64,000 nt of DNA. It comes from Trichodelitschia bisporula. Its lineage: Eukaryota. Within the stretch, counting starts at the first letter, position 1; every line of letters starts with the position of its first letter. Positions 61,036 through 64,000 of this stretch are shown one piece after another. The stretch covers positions 124,001 through 188,000 of the forward strand of contig ML996707.1 of NCBI GenBank assembly GCA_010356995.1. The letters run 5' to 3'. The notes under the pieces were generated by a model. It ran no database searches. It saw only the letters and a program-made list of their open reading frames with translations, and was not told where the DNA came from. The position numbers and the translations under genes were made by a program.

Positions 61036-62412
61036 ATGGGCCAGATACTCTCGCGCATTGTGAGCCTTATGACCACAATCATGGGTCAGATGCTTTCGCG
61101 TATTGAGAGCTTGGCCGCCATGTTCCATGCGGTCATCACCAGCAAGGTCAGCGGGGCCATCAATACCATCATACACAGCATTATTCGCGCTCTGAACATC
61201 CTCATCCCCTTCGCCACACCGGGTAATTCATTGGTCTACGATCTCACACACTTCCTGGTTGTGGTTATCATCCTCTACTACGCACCGGTCGTCCATAGAT
61301 GGATCAGGAGCGCCAAAGCTCCGATCGATCATGCTCCAGATCCCATACAGCGCATTGTGAACGGACAGCGCCTTGCGACTGCTCAACGCTTGACGCCTGT
61401 CACGGCCCAGAATACCACTACTGGCATTACAACCGCGACCGCGAATGCCCAGGGTGCCACGGCTATCCAGCGCGCCGTGGCCATGGCCGACCATGGTGTT
61501 AACCCCACGCCTGGCCTGCCCGTCACGGATTCCAACGTCGCTACCGCTGCCGACCGCTCCATGGCCGCTCAACCCATCGCTGTTGATCTCCAGGATACTC
61601 CCCAGGAGGGTGCCCGTCGTCGCTCCGCGTGGGACATCATCATCGAAGAGGACCTGCGGCGGCGTGCCGCCCTAGCCGCTGCGTCGGGCAACATGTCGGA
61701 TTCGGAAGACTCGACGGCACGCATGCGGGCGTACACGGAGTCTGAATCCTCGGCCGCAGCTGCCCAGCGTGCGGAGCTCGAGGCCGCGCCGGCTGCCGTT
61801 CGGGAGGCGGCTCCTGCGACGGCTCCGGCTGCTCGTCCTGTCGGCGCCAAGAAGGCCAAGTCGCTCGCGCGTAAGGAACAGCGCCGCGCCTACAACGAGT
61901 TTATCCGCGAAGAAGCCGAGCGCAAGAGGAGGGAAGACGAGAAAGACCAGGAGGAGCGTGAGAAGGTAGCGGAGGAGGAGCGCGCCGTCCGCCGCCAGAT
62001 TCACCTTGCCCTTCAGAACAAAGAGCGGGCGGATCGCGAGCTCAAGCGTGCCCTCGAGCTTGAGGCCAAGGTCAAGGAGGACAAGGATCGCGTGGCTGTG
62101 ATCAAGTTAGTGACGCGGAGCCTGGACGAGGGCAATCCTGTCGATGTCGCCGAGGTCGCCGAAGCCATTGACCATAGCGTTCAGTGGGTCATCCAACAGC
62201 TGCGTTTCGAGGGCGTCCTCAGTCATAAGGACTCTTCCTCCACCATCGTTACCCGCAACGGTATGATCGTCCGCATCGGCAAGGACCAGATCAAGGAGAT
62301 GTACAAGCGCATCGCCCGCGATCTCGACAACGGCGCGTTTGGCGACGACTTCGCGCCGCTCGAGGCCATGGGCCATGTCCTTGCCGACATCGTCACTCGC
62401 GACAACATCTAG
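61036..62412 (+). CDS. Membrane-anchored coiled-coil protein, DDRGK-domain-like
   Basis: N-terminal hydrophobic segment; VGAKKAKSLARKEQRRAYNE followed by an E/R/K coiled coil; C-terminal winged-helix-like VDVAEVA...WV...L..EGVL...TIVT..G.IVRI. Confidence 0.7.
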   Translation: MGQILSRIVSLMTTIMGQMLSRIESLAAMFHAVITSKVSGAINTIIHSIIRALNILIPFATPGNSLVYDLTHFLVVVIILYYAPVVHRWIRSAKAPIDHAPDPIQRIVNGQRLATAQRLTPVTAQNTTTGITTATANAQGATAIQRAVAMADHGVNPTPGLPVTDSNVATAADRSMAAQPIAVDLQDTPQEGARRRSAWDIIIEEDLRRRAALAAASGNMSDSEDSTARMRAYTESESSAAAAQRAELEAAPAAVREAAPATAPAARPVGAKKAKSLARKEQRRAYNEFIREEAERKRREDEKDQEEREKVAEEERAVRRQIHLALQNKERADRELKRALELEAKVKEDKDRVAVIKLVTRSLDEGNPVDVAEVAEAIDHSVQWVIQQLRFEGVLSHKDSSSTIVTRNGMIVRIGKDQIKEMYKRIARDLDNGAFGDDFAPLEAMGHVLADIVTRDNI

Positions 62413-63312
62413 ACTCCAGGACTTGGGACATCTTTCGGCGTTGGGACTTCATGATGTGTAACTTGGCACTGGGATGATCATCTATGGCGTTGAGATGGAT
62501 TTATCCACGGACTTAGGATGAGTTTCTTCGGCTGGGTTCGGTTGCATGAAGGACGGAATGGATGGAATGGATGGCGTCTTTGATGTACACTAGCGACTGT
62601 TTTTTGAGAGCACAGGCGTACGGCAATGCATGCGGATTCAACCTCACAGGCGTGAAGTGGCCTTTGACATCGGCATATCGCGACTACTAAACCCCGATAC
62701 CGGTAGCCACACTTTCCCCACTAACATAAGTGTGCAGTAGGGCGAGGCATAATACCAATGTAACCTTGTGCTTAGTCCTCCGCGCCACTATGGGCTGCAT
62801 CATCCGTGGGCTCTGGTCGTCGATGCGCCACGTCTGCCTTTTCACGTGAGGGCGACCAGGCGTTACTTAAACGGGACCTGTCCGCGTGGTTGGGGGCGAA
62901 AGGAATGAGCGCCCGTATTCGCGTCTGCTGATTCGGATCCGGACTGGGTGTGAGCACCAGCCACACCGGGGGAGCTAAAAGATACCCACAGTAGGCTGTG
63001 CATCGGCGCCCAAGAAAGGCAACAAACCAAAATACGGTAGCCGAGATACAGTGGCCAAAAACTAAACAACAGCTACGAAGGATCAGACTCGGACTCTTTT
63101 CCCGACTTTGTTGGGCGAGTTGGAGTCGTTGCATTCGGCCGTTGCGGCCGCAGCCCTAACCCACGGACAAAGCCACGGACGGGGTGGAATCAGCCTTGCG
63201 GAGCTGAAGGATTCCGACCGAACAATGGATGGCGCGTGGCTGGTGCGCTGAGCCGGGCTTTGTGACTTCGCTGTCGACTGACTTCACTGCTGTGTGATAA
63301 GTGTGTCAAAGG

Positions 63313-63319
63313 TATAAAA
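63313..63319 (+). promoter_or_regulatory. TATA box upstream of the small Cys-rich ORF
   Basis: TATAAAA about 160 nt upstream of ATG 63477, followed by an A/C-rich leader. Confidence 0.5.
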
Positions 63320-63476
63320 GTGGTAGCGGCCTCTGGGATGTTTCTGGCAGCATCGCAAAGACACTTTCTCATCTACACTGCAATCAGACGACCAAAGGAT
63401 CTCATAGCCAAAAAGTCCCACATCTAAATACTCACATCCACACAACCGCACACCCATCATCCCGAACACCTTCATC

Positions 63477-63731
63477 ATGTGCCTCTCCGTCAGCACCTGG
63501 CACGTCAAATGCCGCCATCGGGACCCGCAATATCTCGAGGAGTGCGACAAAAAAGCCAAGGGCAAATGCAAGGCGATCTGGGACGACGAGCGCATGAACT
63601 ACACCGACATCTGCAAAAAGTGCAAAGCCGGGATACTAGTGCTTATCAACCTTGAGGAGGTGGATTGCAATATCCGCGGCTTCGACCGTTTCAGTTGTCG
63701 CGTTCGGAACGTCTCGCCGTACGACACCTAG
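63477..63731 (+). CDS. Small Cys/His-rich putative zinc-binding protein (84 aa)
   Basis: MC-x9-CxH-x8-C-x7-C...CxxC pattern; TATA box and start context ATCATG; no signal peptide. Confidence 0.6.
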   Translation: MCLSVSTWHVKCRHRDPQYLEECDKKAKGKCKAIWDDERMNYTDICKKCKAGILVLINLEEVDCNIRGFDRFSCRVRNVSPYDT

Positions 63732-64000
63732 CGCACGATGGGAACATGGGACACGGCAGTCGCATGCAGCCCATGATTACGGAGTTTGGCATTCCTAGCA
63801 CGCAGCTAGAAGAGCTGGTACAGACCGGCTACAGCAAGAATCGAAAGCCCTTCGCCGCCGCCTCGCCCGGCACCGCATTCACAGCCCCCTCGACAAACTC
63901 CCCGCGATCGAGGCGACGGTTCAGGCGCACGAGCATGGCACGCAGGAGGGTAGCCATAGCGATGGCCAGGAGGGTGGTAGCGGTGTTTACGGTCATGGCG

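Noticed and set aside
1..64000. CRISPR array, rRNA, telomere repeats, transposase/RT, secondary-metabolite core gene
   Set aside because: No repeat-spacer array, (TTAGGG)n, DDE/RT motifs or PKS/NRPS domains seen.

Overview
Eukaryotic DNA from a filamentous ascomycete (Pezizomycotina; inferred from gene content and GT..CTRAY..YAG introns, almost all 42-59 nt). About 25 genes or gene relics were reconstructed by hand-splicing. Layout: (i) 1-7 kb gene-poor low-complexity DNA with a possible decayed ORF; (ii) 7-13.8 kb four co-oriented secreted-protein genes (BBE-like FAD oxidoreductase, GH105, crystallin-like small protein, tandem SH3b-like Cys protein), then an alpha/beta hydrolase; (iii) 16.5-32.8 kb an accessory island with a stop-interrupted 4-TM gene, a 103-nt near-perfect hairpin, a PTH11-like receptor, a Zn2Cys6 gene, an SDR, and a head-to-tail pair of nonself-recognition-type genes (HeLo-like-N/ankyrin gene with a frameshift, then a HET-domain gene); (iv) 33-64 kb mostly core genes (MIR1, YSH1, PLP aminotransferase, LysM protein, CDF transporter, RBM39/Pad-1, SCS7, trypsin-like protease, DDRGK-like). 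The most striking observation is the HET gene: one collinear frame broken only by in-frame stops, of which three are TAG codons at Trp positions of family motifs (R-T-*-L-x-x-C, SWSWAG*, C*CLVNV) and one is a TGA. It is either a candidate A-to-I-editing or readthrough-gated cell-death gene, or a pseudogene hit by RIP-like G>A changes. No transposase, rRNA or CRISPR seen. Family assignments come from recalled motifs; no searches were run.
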